A stretch of DNA of 64,000 bases, taken from the IMG/VR virus record IMGVR_UViG_3300025945_000001; one strand, 5' to 3'. Positions within the stretch are counted from its first letter, which is position 1; every line of letters starts with the position of its first letter. Below are positions 1 to 9,521 of this stretch, one piece after another. The notes beneath the pieces are model-generated. The model searched no databases and was not told the origin of the DNA. It worked only from the letters and a program-made list of their open reading frames with translations. Made by a program: the position numbers and the translations under genes. Source of the DNA: an uncultured virus (IMG/VR IMGVR_UViG_3300025945_000001). Lineage: Duplodnaviria; Heunggongvirae; Uroviricota; Caudoviricetes.

Positions 1-404
1 CCGGTTCCCATGTCCGAGATCCAGTCCTCGCCCGTCGGCACGCGGTAGAACCGGATGCCGCTGTCTCCGTCGGGTCGACTTGTGCTGCGCCACGTGGGTG
101 GTAGGTCGCCGAGCTGCTCCTCCCACCAGGCGATCGTCTCGGCGCCTCGTCGTCCGCCGTAGGCGTCGACGTCGATGCCGATGACGTCGCTCGGCACCCG
201 CAGTCCGACGTTGTCGTGACCCCGGTGCGCGAGCCAGTTCGCCACGTCGTACTCTGTCGGCCACCGACCCTCGTAGCCCGTGTAGTCCGCGACCGGGGGG
301 TGCTTGCCGATCACGGGTATCGTACCTACCCACCCGGCTGCACGGTACAGGCGGGCGGCCCGAGCGTAGGGACCCAGTTGGTCCGGTGTGGTAGTATCTG
401 TCAC
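1..404 (-). CDS. Bifunctional DNA primase/polymerase (Prim-Pol) N-terminal domain; truncated at window edge
   Basis: Not in ORF track (runs off the edge). Manual translation from GTG at 404, with GGAGG upstream: MTDTTTPDQLGPYARAARLYRAAGWVGTIPVIGKHPP...NVGLRVPSDVIGIDVDAYGGRRG...LPPTWRSTSR...GIRFYRVP. Contains the typical Prim-Pol N-x-G and DxD motifs. Confidence 0.85.
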   Translation of the reverse strand, partial: MTDTTTPDQLGPYARAARLYRAAGWVGTIPVIGKHPPVADYTGYEGRWPTEYDVANWLAHRGHDNVGLRVPSDVIGIDVDAYGGRRGAETIAWWEEQLGDLPPTWRSTSRPDGDSGIRFYRVPTGEDWISDMGT

Positions 405-578
405 TGGTTGGCCTCCGTTTACCCCGACGCGCCGACTACGCAGCGGCCGCCGTCGAGCCCGGCCGGGTCACCCCCTGGACCCGCCGCCCGACGCACCGGA
501 CTCGTCGGCGACCGCGCGACCAGCCTAGACGCCGCTACGGCGCGCGTCACCGGCGTCGGAGTCACCGGAGGAGGAACG

Positions 579-845
579 ATGACCACGTCTGCGGGGCCCT
601 CGAGCTGGCCGCCGGTGAGTCCCACGGCGTGCGCGTCGGGCACGCGACTGCGCCCGACGACCCCGGTGTTCGGCCCCACGGACCGCTGCCCCGACTGCGG
701 TCACGCGTACGTCAACCACACGTACGCGCGCTGCGACCTCTGCCTCCTGGCGCTCGAGCTGCTCGCCACGCGCGCCGAGGTGGCGCGGCTGCTGGACCCC
801 GGCCTTCGGCGTCCCCTGCCCGTCGACCCCGAGGAGTGCGGATGA
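579..845 (+). CDS. Small zinc-finger hypothetical protein
   Basis: GGAGGAGG RBS then ATG at 579; CPDCGH...CDLC motif; overlaps the next start (ATGA). Confidence 0.6.
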   Translation: MTTSAGPSSWPPVSPTACASGTRLRPTTPVFGPTDRCPDCGHAYVNHTYARCDLCLLALELLATRAEVARLLDPGLRRPLPVDPEECG

Positions 846-1069
846 CCGAGCCCCGCCCGACCCGCGACCGCTTCCGGTACCACGTGCCGGGCGACCCGAG
901 CGTGCTGCGCGCTCACGAGACGGTGCGCGCCGAGTGCCAGCGCCTGGCGGTGCTGCTGGACGAGCTGCTGCCGCCGTGCGCCGAGCGCGATCACGCGCTG
1001 GACGCCGTGGACCTCGCGGCGATGTGGTCGAACGCCGCCGTGGCGCGCACCCAGCTTCGCGACGAGTGA
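842..1069 (+). CDS. Acb2/Tad1-hairpin-like protein (putative immune-signal sponge)
   Basis: RFRYH-P...HETVR..C..LA..LDELLP...ER..ALD.VD.AAMWSNAAVAR matches the recalled F-x-YH...P-x-x-RE...MWANAAIAR pattern of the Acb2/Tad1 hairpin family. Confidence 0.65.
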   Translation: MTEPRPTRDRFRYHVPGDPSVLRAHETVRAECQRLAVLLDELLPPCAERDHALDAVDLAAMWSNAAVARTQLRDE

Positions 1070-1097
1070 CGCCGACGCGTCGCGCTAGGCTCGACCG

Positions 1098-1517
1098 ATG
1101 GAACCACTAACCGTTGAGCAGTTGAACGCGCGGGTCGTCGCGGAGCACCGGCTGAACCGCATCGTGACGTGCGACGGCGCCGTCGTCGAGGACGCGCGCT
1201 GGCGCGGCTGGCGACTCGACGCGCGCACGTACGTCCTAAGCCTCGTGGTCGACGACCGCGTCCTCTACGAGGTCGACCTGGAACGCTGCGCGTCCTCAGC
1301 CGAGGTGCTCGACTGGCTCGTGCAGGTCACCAACAAGACCTGGGTGCGAGGAGCGCACGGCGCGCTGGTCGTCGGCGGCCTGGTCCGCGCCCTCAGGGAC
1401 GTGCTCGACCCGCAGACGCACCTGTGCAGCTTCGGGCACGACCGCCGGATCGGTCCCGACTCGGTCCGGTACCTCGTGGACTCGTTCGTCGCGGACCCGT
1501 ACCGCGAGGCCCGGTGA
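1098..1517 (+). CDS. Hypothetical phage protein
   Basis: Coding-like ORF with YEVDLERC...LDWLVQV..KTW motif seen in actinophage early proteins. Confidence 0.6.
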   Translation: MEPLTVEQLNARVVAEHRLNRIVTCDGAVVEDARWRGWRLDARTYVLSLVVDDRVLYEVDLERCASSAEVLDWLVQVTNKTWVRGAHGALVVGGLVRALRDVLDPQTHLCSFGHDRRIGPDSVRYLVDSFVADPYREAR

Positions 1518-1658
1518 CGCCCGCGAGCTGCGCGCTGGACCACGACGCGGACGCCGTGGTGCGCTGGGTGCACCGACCGAGCGGCCGACGCACGCCGTTG
1601 TGCGCGTCGCACCTGCGACGCTGGTAGCCGACGCCGCACGCGCGACCCAGGGAGGCGA

Positions 1659-1887
1659 CGTCCCACGCCTACCGCGACGACTGACCCGAGTCCTGCGCGA
1701 CCCCGTCGTGCTCGGGCGCTTTCACGCGACCGCGACGCTGACGTAGCTGGCGCTGACGGTGCCCACGGTGCTGCTCTGGCGCGACTCGGTGCTCTGGGTC
1801 GCGCTGATGTCGGTCTGGGCGAACGTCGCCGGTCACTGGTCGGCCTGGCAGGCGACGCGCGCCGAGCGCAGCGAGGAGGACGAGTGA
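1659..1887 (+). pseudogene. Small membrane protein with in-frame TAG (likely TGG>TAG)
   Basis: Frame reads ...RFHATATLT*LALTVPTVLLWRDSVLWVALMSVWANVAGHWSAWQATRAE... with the stop at 1744-1746. GGAGG RBS is followed by GTC rather than a canonical start. Confidence 0.55.
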
Positions 1888-2255
1888 TGCCCGATCCCCG
1901 GTCGGACTACGAGCGCGGCGTCGAGACCGGCGGCATCATCAGTCGCCTGGAGGGTCACGACAAGCACTTCGCCCGGATCAACGGCAGCCTCGACGAGGTC
2001 GCCGCGCAGCTCGCCGCGCTCGTCCTCGCGGTGCAGCGCCTCGCGGACCAGGCCGTCGCGCGCGACGCGACCGTGGTCACCACGGCGTCGGCGCTCAAGG
2101 ACGCGAACGACGCGCGGCGCACGGCCGACGACGATCACCAGCGGACGACCGACCGCCGCTGGACGCCGACCGCGCGACTCATCACCGTCGTCACCGTGCT
2201 GGTCGCGCTCGCGGGCCTCGTCGTGACGCTGGTCGTGCTAGGGCAGCCCCGGTGA
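1884..2255 (+). CDS. Coiled-coil protein with C-terminal TM anchor (possible holin-like/membrane protein)
   Basis: GAGGAGG RBS; amphipathic N-terminal region plus hydrophobic LITVVTVLVALAGLVVTLVVL. Confidence 0.6.
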   Translation: MMPDPRSDYERGVETGGIISRLEGHDKHFARINGSLDEVAAQLAALVLAVQRLADQAVARDATVVTTASALKDANDARRTADDDHQRTTDRRWTPTARLITVVTVLVALAGLVVTLVVLGQPR

Positions 2256-2545
2256 GCGCGTGGGTGCACCTCGTCGGCGGTCCGTGCGGCGGCCAGCGCC
2301 TCCGCGCCCGAGGTCTCGACAACGGCTGGCGCGGCCCGACGCGCGAGGTGTGGGCGTGTCAACCCACGCCGAGCACGGCCTCGCTGCCGGGTCCGTGGTA
2401 CCGCTACGTCGTCACGCCGCACTCGGCCGACGTCTACGCGTACGCGGGCGCGTCGCGCCGCGGCTGGTGACCCCGCCCGACGCGTCGTGACGACGTCGAC
2501 GCGACGTAGCGTCGATCGACTGATCGACCGGAAGACAAGGAGTGA

Positions 2546-2767
2546 GTGATGAAGAGTGAAGAGCGGGTGCGCGCGGCGTTCGAGCAGTTCTCGGCGATCG
2601 GCGACGACGAGCTGACCCCCAGCCAGCTCGCCGTCCTGGACGCGCTGACGTGGGTGCTCGACGACACGCTGACCGACACGTACGTGACCGACTACCTGCC
2701 GTTCACCGACGGCGACGACGCGACGTCGCCCCTGCCGGCTGAGCCGCTGACCGAGTCCGGTCACTGA
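2546..2767 (+). CDS. Hypothetical acidic protein
   Basis: AAGGAG RBS; DALTWVL motif. Confidence 0.55.
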   Translation: MMKSEERVRAAFEQFSAIGDDELTPSQLAVLDALTWVLDDTLTDTYVTDYLPFTDGDDATSPLPAEPLTESGH

Positions 2768-2880
2768 CGACCCCCGCGACGCCGCTGCGCCCAGCGTGAC
2801 GTGACTCCGTCGCGCTGGCGTAGCGTCGTCCGTCGACGCGCTACCTTGGAGGTGAGGAGCCCGACGACAGGAGGTTTGAC

Positions 2881-3213
2881 GTGAACGCGCAGGTACCCCC
2901 GACCTACCCCCGGCCCCCGTACGCGCCGGCGTCGCCGCAGCTCTACCACGCGGCGCCGCAGCACCGGCCGTACTACGCGACGCCGCCGGCGCAGCCGTAC
3001 GCGCCCGCGCCACCCGCGCCTCCCTACTGGCCGGACCCGCGCGCGTACTACTACCCCCGCGCGTCGGTCACGTACGTGCCTCGCCAGACGAGTCACGGGT
3101 TGCACCTGTTCCTCACGATCGTCACCGGCGGCGCGTGGGGCCTGGTGTGGCTCGGCGTCGCGCTGGCGCACCGCTACGGCGCGCGCCAGGACGTGCGCAC
3201 GTACCACGCGTAG
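2881..3213 (+). CDS. Pro/Tyr-rich membrane protein
   Basis: GGAGG RBS; P/Y-rich N-terminus; HGLHLFLTIVTGGAWGLVW TM hairpin typical of actinophage small membrane proteins. Confidence 0.65.
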   Translation: MNAQVPPTYPRPPYAPASPQLYHAAPQHRPYYATPPAQPYAPAPPAPPYWPDPRAYYYPRASVTYVPRQTSHGLHLFLTIVTGGAWGLVWLGVALAHRYGARQDVRTYHA

Positions 3214-3234
3214 CGCGGCCTCGCCCAGCACGCT

Positions 3235-3593
3235 GTGATCGACGTGACGCTAGCTAGACTGGTCGCGACGACGTACGTACGAGGAACAGGAGATGACGTG
3301 GACACGTTGGAGTGGCGCAAGGCTACCTCCAGTCACGGCGGCTACGGTGGCGACTGCGTGGAGCTGGCCTGGCGCAAGGCGAGCTTCTCGGGCGCCGGCA
3401 ACGACTGCGTGGAGGCCGCGACCTGCACCTGCGGCGACCTGCGCACCCTCGTGCGCGACAGCAAGAACCCCGACGCGGGTACGCTGACGTTCGCGCAGAC
3501 CGCGTGGACCGGACTGCTGGCGCTCGCGCGCCACGCGTAGCCGCGTCCCCGCCCGGCGTGATCGACGTGACGCTAGTTACGCTGGTCGCGACG
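3235..3593 (+). repeat. ~36-bp direct repeat upstream of both DUF397 genes (copies at 3235-3270 and 3558-3593)
   Basis: GTGATCGACGTGACGCTAGcTAgaCTGGTCGCGACG versus GTGATCGACGTGACGCTAGtTAcgCTGGTCGCGACG; contains a TANNCT -10-like hexamer. Confidence 0.85.
3298..3540 (+). CDS. DUF397 domain protein (internally duplicated motif)
   Basis: WRKATSS...GGDCVELA-WRKASFSGAGNDCVEAA...VRDSKNPDAGTLTF...W is the canonical DUF397 signature. Confidence 0.9.
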   Translation: MDTLEWRKATSSHGGYGGDCVELAWRKASFSGAGNDCVEAATCTCGDLRTLVRDSKNPDAGTLTFAQTAWTGLLALARHA

Positions 3594-3619
3594 CGTACGA
3601 CGCACGAGAGGAAACGCGC

Positions 3620-3850
3620 ATGCTGACCGAGCTGAACTGGCGGAAGTCCTCCTTCACGCTGGAGGACAACTGCGTCGAGGCCGCGTGGACGAAGTCCAGC
3701 TTCTCGAAGCTGAACGACTGCGTCGAGCTGGGCGCGTGCACGTGCGCCGAGAAGCTGCGCGTGCGCGACACCAAGAACCGCGCCGGCGGCACGCTGACCG
3801 TGGGTCGGACCGCGTGGTCTGGGCTGCTCGGCTTCGCCCGCCGGCACTAG
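3620..3850 (+). CDS. DUF397 domain protein (internally duplicated motif)
   Basis: WRKSSFT..DNCVEAA-WTKSSFS..NDCVELG...VRDTKNRAGGTLT...W. Confidence 0.9.
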   Translation: MLTELNWRKSSFTLEDNCVEAAWTKSSFSKLNDCVELGACTCAEKLRVRDTKNRAGGTLTVGRTAWSGLLGFARRH

Positions 3851-3992
3851 TCGCGCGACCGCGGTTCGCGGTGCGACTGCGCTGGGTCGTGTGGACCGCG
3901 CGCTCGTGGCACCTAGCGAGCCGCGGTCTCACGTTCGCGACGGTCTACGATCAGCGCGACGGGGATCACCGGAACGAAGGGACTGAGGAGAG

Positions 3993-4484
3993 TTGACCAG
4001 GGAACACACGGGGGAAGCAGAGCTGACGTTGCCCGACGGGCGCCGCAGCGGCGAGCAGGGCACGTGGCGACTGCCGACGACCACCACCGACGACGCCGAC
4101 GTCACCGACGGCGTGCTCGTCATCGAGGCCCGCTTCCTCGGGCTCGGCGGCTCGCGGCTGTCGCGTCACGACGCGCACGCGGGCCAGTTCGCGACCGGGG
4201 GCGACCGCTGCCCGTACTGCCGCTGGTTCGAGACGCGGATCTTCCGAGTCGGCGCCAACGACTACGTCCTGCATCACGCGGGTCGGTCGATCGTGCCGGG
4301 CGAGTCGCAGCTCTGCCGCCACGAGCGCGCGTTCTCGCCGTTCGAGGTACTCGAGCTGTACACGGTCCGGCACGCGCACGAGAACCGCGCGTTCCTGACC
4401 AGACCGGCCGCCCGCGCGCTGGCGCAGGCGTCCGCGTTCGACGACCAGCTGCGCGACGCGTACGAGAACCGAGCGGTGATCTAG
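3993..4484 (+). CDS. Hypothetical protein with CxxC
   Basis: GAGGAG RBS; CPYCRWFETRIF; coding-like codon usage. Confidence 0.6.
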   Translation: MTREHTGEAELTLPDGRRSGEQGTWRLPTTTTDDADVTDGVLVIEARFLGLGGSRLSRHDAHAGQFATGGDRCPYCRWFETRIFRVGANDYVLHHAGRSIVPGESQLCRHERAFSPFEVLELYTVRHAHENRAFLTRPAARALAQASAFDDQLRDAYENRAVI

Positions 4485-5128
4485 GTGCGCCGCTCGGGGC
4501 GCTCCGACCGGTTCTTCTGGACGTTCGTGGTGTTCAGCGTGCTGCTCGCCGTCGTCGGGATGGCCGTGCCCGGCTGGTGGGGCGTGGGCATCGTGGGCCT
4601 GGCCTGCGCGTGCTCGCTCGGCGCGCTCGTGGTCGTGATCGTGTACCTACGACGCGATCACCCGGCGTCACCTCGACCGGGTGGGTAGCCGTGGGACTGC
4701 TGGCCGTCGCGACCGCGCTGTACCTGGTCGCGGCGGCCTGGGAGCGACCCGCGCTGTTCGGCGTCCTGCTGCTGCTAGGTGGCCTGCTGGCGCTGGTCCT
4801 AGCTCGCGCCTGGCGGTGGCGCTGACGGAGACCGTGAAGTGCGGAGTGAAGGAGAGTTGTGGCGAGAAACTGGGTGGATCCCTGCGTGGTCGTCGCGACC
4901 GTGGCGACGCTCGCGGCGACCGTGGCCACGGTGTTCCTACCTCGGTGGTGGGCCAGCCTCGTCCTGGTCGTCGCCGCCGTGCTCTGCGCGGCGTCGGTCG
5001 TGCTGGTCGTACGCACGCACGGGCGTGGGCGCCTCGGCCTACGTCGGCGTGACGACGTCGACGTCGACTAGGCTTGACGTCGCGGTTGAACAGAGTAGCG
5101 TGAACTCCGGAAGAGCAGGTGAGGTAGC

Positions 5129-5521
5129 GTGACGACCGACGACGACGACGTACCTCGGCACCACTTTCACTGGCGACCACCCGGCGTGACCGATCCTCAC
5201 GTTCAGGTGACGATCGTGCACGACGACGACTACGCCGGCAGGGCCGTGCTGACCGTGCCGCGCGAGCTGCTGGACGCGCTGTGGGTTCACCGACGCGGCG
5301 CCAAGCAGCACGGCGCGCTGCCGGCGCGCAAGGTACCCGTGTACTCGACGGTGGAGCTGCACATGCCGGCGCGCGCCCTGGCGGAGTTTGGACTGCGCGT
5401 CGCGCGCGACCGCATCGAGGAGGTGCTCGACGAGCTGATCGACGTCAGTGAGGACACCGAGGTTCAGCGCGCGCTCGCGAGGCTGACCTTCGACCTCGAC
5501 GACGCTCACCCGGAACGGTAG
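5129..5521 (+). CDS. Hypothetical protein
   Basis: GAGG RBS; upstream TTGACG-N16-TAGCGT promoter-like site. Confidence 0.55.
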   Translation: MTTDDDDVPRHHFHWRPPGVTDPHVQVTIVHDDDYAGRAVLTVPRELLDALWVHRRGAKQHGALPARKVPVYSTVELHMPARALAEFGLRVARDRIEEVLDELIDVSEDTEVQRALARLTFDLDDAHPER

Positions 5522-5529
5522 GAGGAACG

Positions 5530-5862
5530 TTGCCCACGTTTACGCTGTCGCGCTCGCGGCCCCCGAGGGCGTTCACGATCGCACTCGACGTCGCGCGACT
5601 CGACGATGAGTCCGTTCGCTGGGACTACTCGGGTCGCTACATGTACGGTCGCACGTGTTTCGGCCTGGTGTGTTCACTGCAAGAGCTGTCCGCGTTCCTC
5701 GTCGCGCTCGGCGTTGAGCTGGGTGAGGCGCAGGCTCTCGAGGACGACGAGACGGCCGGCGAGATACATGACCTCGTGCGCGCGCTGCTGAGCGACGTCT
5801 CCTCGGACAACATGGGTCTCAACATGATCTGGTACTTCGAGGATGTGGAGGTGACGACGTGA
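5530..5862 (+). CDS. Hypothetical phage protein
   Basis: AGGAGG RBS; YSGRYMYGRTC...DNMG...WYF motif recurrent in phage hypotheticals. Confidence 0.65.
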   Translation: MPTFTLSRSRPPRAFTIALDVARLDDESVRWDYSGRYMYGRTCFGLVCSLQELSAFLVALGVELGEAQALEDDETAGEIHDLVRALLSDVSSDNMGLNMIWYFEDVEVTT

Positions 5863-6389
5863 CCGACTCGCCTGAGGACAGACGCGTGAACCTACGTCTC
5901 GCACCCAACGCCGAGGCGGCGTTCGCCGCGAACGTCTGCGACTGCGCGATCGACGCCGTGGCGCTGCCGCTGAACGTCAACGGCGCTACTCGGTTGCTGT
6001 GTCAACGCTGCTTTCGGCTGCGACCCGCGCTGGACGCCGAGCCGTCGACGACCGCGGACGAGCACACCGAGCGCGTCCGCGACCGGTTCCCCGAGGGCGC
6101 GACGCCCACGGAGCCGGTCGTCACGGACCGCGGCTTCCGGCACCTGCCACCGGTGTCGTCCACGTACGGTGGTCACGCGCGCGTGTACGAGTCGTCGGCC
6201 GCGCTGGGGCCGCACGTGTGGCTCGCCTGCGTCGCGCCGTCGCAGCTCAACGACCCGGCCAGTCCGGCCGTTGAGACGCACCTGCACCTCACCCTCGCCG
6301 GCGCGGCGGCGCTGCGTGACCAGCTCGACTACCTGGTGCAGCACCACTACCAGGTGCGCACCGGTGCCGACGACGAGGACACGTCGTGA
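5859..6389 (+). CDS. Hypothetical phage protein
   Basis: Translationally coupled; TDRGF...YGG...VYESSAA.GPHVWL...HLT motif. Confidence 0.6.
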   Translation: MTDSPEDRRVNLRLAPNAEAAFAANVCDCAIDAVALPLNVNGATRLLCQRCFRLRPALDAEPSTTADEHTERVRDRFPEGATPTEPVVTDRGFRHLPPVSSTYGGHARVYESSAALGPHVWLACVAPSQLNDPASPAVETHLHLTLAGAAALRDQLDYLVQHHYQVRTGADDEDTS

Positions 6390-6776
6390 CCGCGCCGATC
6401 TACCTAAACGTCTGCGACCGCTGCGGAACCCCCACCGGCAACGAGCTGGTCGCTCACCGGTGGTCCTACTGCCGCGTGTCCGGTCAGCTCGAGCGGCAGC
6501 ACTACTGCTGCCCGGGCGACTGCGAGCTGTACCCACGTGTAACGCGGTGCGCGCAGTGATCGGACCTCGGCTCGTGCTAACGGCGGCGTTCGCGCTGGCG
6601 CTGTCGCCGATGCCGCTCGTCAGCCTGGTCGTGTTCGTGGCGTGGGATTCACCGGCCTGGTGGGGTTTCGTCGGTCTCGGCGCCACAGCCGCGTACGCGC
6701 TGAGCATTCAAGGCACGGTCGACAAGCTCGTGGCACGGTACCGCAAACTTCGTGAGAGAAGGGACGACGAACTACG

Positions 6777-7163
6777 ATGACCTCAGAGCTGTGCGCCCGC
6801 TGTGGGCACGAGTCCGGTGACTGCCCGCGCTGCGACCGACACGACGACGTTCTCGGTGGCTACGTCGCCGGTCTCGGCTCGCTGTGCCACACGCACGTCG
6901 AACCCGAGCGGCGGCCGTCGTGCTTCGAGCTCACCACCCGGGAACGCGACGACGCGGTCCGCGAGGAGCTGACGCGTCACGTGTACGTGCCGCCGCGGGC
7001 GTTCGAGCAGCTGCTGCTCGACATCGACGTGCCCGATCCCGCCCCGACGCTCGCGGCGGCGCTGTCGCGACCGCGCCGGTTCGTCGGCGCGTGTCCCTGC
7101 GCGTGCAACTCGGGTGGGTGGTGCGGGGGCTGTGGCCACGCCGGTTGCGGCGGTCGACGGTGA
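6777..7163 (+). CDS. Cys-rich hypothetical protein
   Basis: CxxC at the N-terminus; C-terminal CPCACNSGGWCGGCGHAGCG. Confidence 0.5.
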   Translation: MTSELCARCGHESGDCPRCDRHDDVLGGYVAGLGSLCHTHVEPERRPSCFELTTRERDDAVREELTRHVYVPPRAFEQLLLDIDVPDPAPTLAAALSRPRRFVGACPCACNSGGWCGGCGHAGCGGRR

Positions 7164-7548
7164 CGTTCATCGAGGCGGTCGAGGTCGTCGTTCGCGTCAC
7201 CGAGTCGGACTCCGGCGAGCAGCGCAGCTTCGTGCTGCGGCGACCCAAGCTTGATTTTCCCGGCGACGAGGACGACTGGGCGGCCGAGACGGTCACCGTG
7301 CTTCGCACGCTTCACGACGACGACGTGTACGCGATCTTCAACGAGCTGCGCGAGCCCCGCCGTGAGTGAAGACGTTGCGTTCGTCGTTAACCTCGTCGTC
7401 GTCACCCTCGGACTGCTCAGTATCGTCATTGCACTGTACGTCTTATGGAACATGAGGAGGTAACGGAGATGACGAAACCTAGTCGCTCACCCGGCATCGA
7501 GCGAACGCTCGACCCGCTGCTGACCCGCTGCACCGGCGAGGGGCCTGC

Positions 7549-7755
7549 GTGACGACGTATCACCTCGAGCTGACGCTCGACGACGTGATCGAGGTGCTAG
7601 TCGCGCTGGCCGGTCGCCAGGTCGAGCTGCGGGGTCTCGATCCCGAGTTCACCGGCACCCTGAGCAAGGTGCGCGCGCAGCTCGTCGCGCAGCGCGCCGA
7701 CGGCGAACTGATCACCAACATCATGCAAACGGAGCTGCCCGACGTGTTTCCCTAG
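7549..7755 (+). CDS. Hypothetical protein
   Basis: Coding-like ORF in the operon. Confidence 0.45.
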   Translation: MTTYHLELTLDDVIEVLVALAGRQVELRGLDPEFTGTLSKVRAQLVAQRADGELITNIMQTELPDVFP

Positions 7756-8139
7756 GAGCGGTGATGTGACTACTCCCCGGCGCGTGCCGTACTGCGAGGC
7801 TACGCCACATAAGATCAAGTTTCTGCACCCCGACGACGCGCGGCGCCGGATGGAGCGGCTGAACCGTCGCCCCACCCAGCGGAAGGTCTTCTGGGGTGAG
7901 ACGTACCTGTGTCGAAGCTGTGGGTACTATCACATTCGTACGCCGAAGAACGAGCAACGGAGGGAATCATCGGACGAGCGGAGGGCGGGGGAGGCTTCGG
8001 CTTTGACCCCGAGGAGTACGGCCGGTACGGCGACAGCGAGCACGCCGAGTGGCGCAACTACGACGTCGGAGCACGAGGACGCTGGGTTGCACGTGAACCC
8101 GAGCGACTAGAGGATCACGAACTGGTGAGGAGCGAGGAG

Positions 8140-8346
8140 TTGGCACGGTACGAGCCCGGCGACCGCGTGAGGGCGGTCGACGACGTCAGTGGGATCCTGT
8201 TCACGCAGGTACCCGCGGGCACCGAGGGGCGCGTGGTCAGTACGCGGGGTGGCCTGCTGACGTCGTACGTCACGGTGGCGTTCGCGAACGGGCAGACCCG
8301 CGAGGTCAAGGAGTCCGAGGTTAAGAAGGTAAGTTGGTGGGGGTAG
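8140..8346 (+). CDS. Small SH3-like beta-barrel protein
   Basis: GAGGAG RBS with TTG start; YEPGDRVRA...VPAGTEGRVV...VTVAF.NG. Confidence 0.55.
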   Translation: MARYEPGDRVRAVDDVSGILFTQVPAGTEGRVVSTRGGLLTSYVTVAFANGQTREVKESEVKKVSWWG

Positions 8347-8488
8347 ATGAATGAGGACACGCCGCAGGACGGCCTGCACGCGTCGGCGGACGACGTGTGG
8401 CAGTGGGTCGCCAACGCCGGCGCGGGCGCGGTGATCGCCGCCGTGATCGCGCTGTTCGTCGTGGCGTGGCTGTTGCGGAGGAAGTAGC

Positions 8489-8884
8489 GTGTGCGCCGTC
8501 GACGACTGCGAGCCCTGGGAGGTGCGCCGCGCGAGCTACCAGCGCGCGCGGCGCGCCTACGGGTGCGTCGAGTGCGGTCGACGGATCGCCGTCGGCGAGC
8601 GGTACCACAAGGTGGTCGGGCTGCTCGACGGCTACTGGTCGACGCACCGCACGTGCCAGCACTGCGACGCGTTCGGCGGCGTCATGGGTGTGTTGTGCAA
8701 CGGCTACCCGATCGGCGGCCTGTACGACGAGCTGACCGAGCACTGGCGCGAGGGGTACGCCTCCGTGCGGCTCGGTCGCTGGGTCGTCGCCATGAAGCAC
8801 GGCTGGCGCGCCGGCGCCGCCGAGGTACCGACCGGCTGCGCCGAGCACGCCGGTGAGCTGCTGCGCGCGTGGGTGCGGAGCTGA
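8489..8884 (+). CDS. Zinc-binding hypothetical phage protein
   Basis: ARR.Y.CVECGRRI..GERY...THRTCQHC. Confidence 0.65.
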   Translation: MCAVDDCEPWEVRRASYQRARRAYGCVECGRRIAVGERYHKVVGLLDGYWSTHRTCQHCDAFGGVMGVLCNGYPIGGLYDELTEHWREGYASVRLGRWVVAMKHGWRAGAAEVPTGCAEHAGELLRAWVRS

Positions 8885-8899
8885 CGAAGGGAGTTAACG

Positions 8900-9427
8900 G
8901 TGGGACAGACCGCCGAGGCGTACCTCCAGTACGGGTACAACCTAGGAGGTACCGACGGCTGGCTGCTCGACGGCGTGGGTGAGTACGAGGACTGGCGACC
9001 GTCGTGGCTGCCGCAGGACGACGCGGCGTTTCACGACGTCATTAAGAGCGTCGGCTACGGCGACGTCGTGCACCAGCGGCTCACCCGGGTGATCGCCGGC
9101 TTCACGGAGCCGGAGCCCACGACCTCGTTCCCGGAGGACCGCGACACGTGGGTGGCGTACTGGAAGCGACGTCACGAGGCGGCGCGGGTGCTGCGGGTGG
9201 AGCTGTTCGAGCACGGCTACGTCGACTACGGCGAGTCGAGCTTCGCACTCGTGTTCACCGAGGCCGAGCTAAACGTTCACGCCGGTGGTCACCGGGTGAT
9301 TCACTCGCAGGATCAGCTCTGGTACATCGAGCGGCGCGCGCGTCCGGCGCTCGACCAGGCACTCGCCGCGCTGGAGATCACACCGTCCGAGCCACCGGGT
9401 TGGTTCATCGCCGCGACGTACGGCTGA
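8900..9427 (+). CDS. Hypothetical phage protein
   Basis: GGGAG RBS; MG.....L.YGYNLGG...P.W N-terminus seen in Streptomyces-type phages. Confidence 0.6.
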   Translation: MGQTAEAYLQYGYNLGGTDGWLLDGVGEYEDWRPSWLPQDDAAFHDVIKSVGYGDVVHQRLTRVIAGFTEPEPTTSFPEDRDTWVAYWKRRHEAARVLRVELFEHGYVDYGESSFALVFTEAELNVHAGGHRVIHSQDQLWYIERRARPALDQALAALEITPSEPPGWFIAATYG

Positions 9428-9521
9428 CGTCACTTCGTCACAACGTGACGCCGTTCCAGCGTGAACGACTACGCTAGCGTTGTGATCAATCGGAACGTTC
9501 GGAGTGCAAGGAGGTAGGCAG

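Noticed and set aside
1744..1746. Genome-wide TAG recoding or amber suppression
   Set aside because: TAG terminates many intact genes (for example polA and the C5 MTase), and no CUA-anticodon tRNA is present.
7766..8346. Overlapping ORFs 7766-8110 and 7909-8346 as a dual-coding or frameshift locus
   Set aside because: More simply explained by a short Zn-finger ORF and a separate SH3-like gene with its own RBS at 8140; no slippery site was identified.
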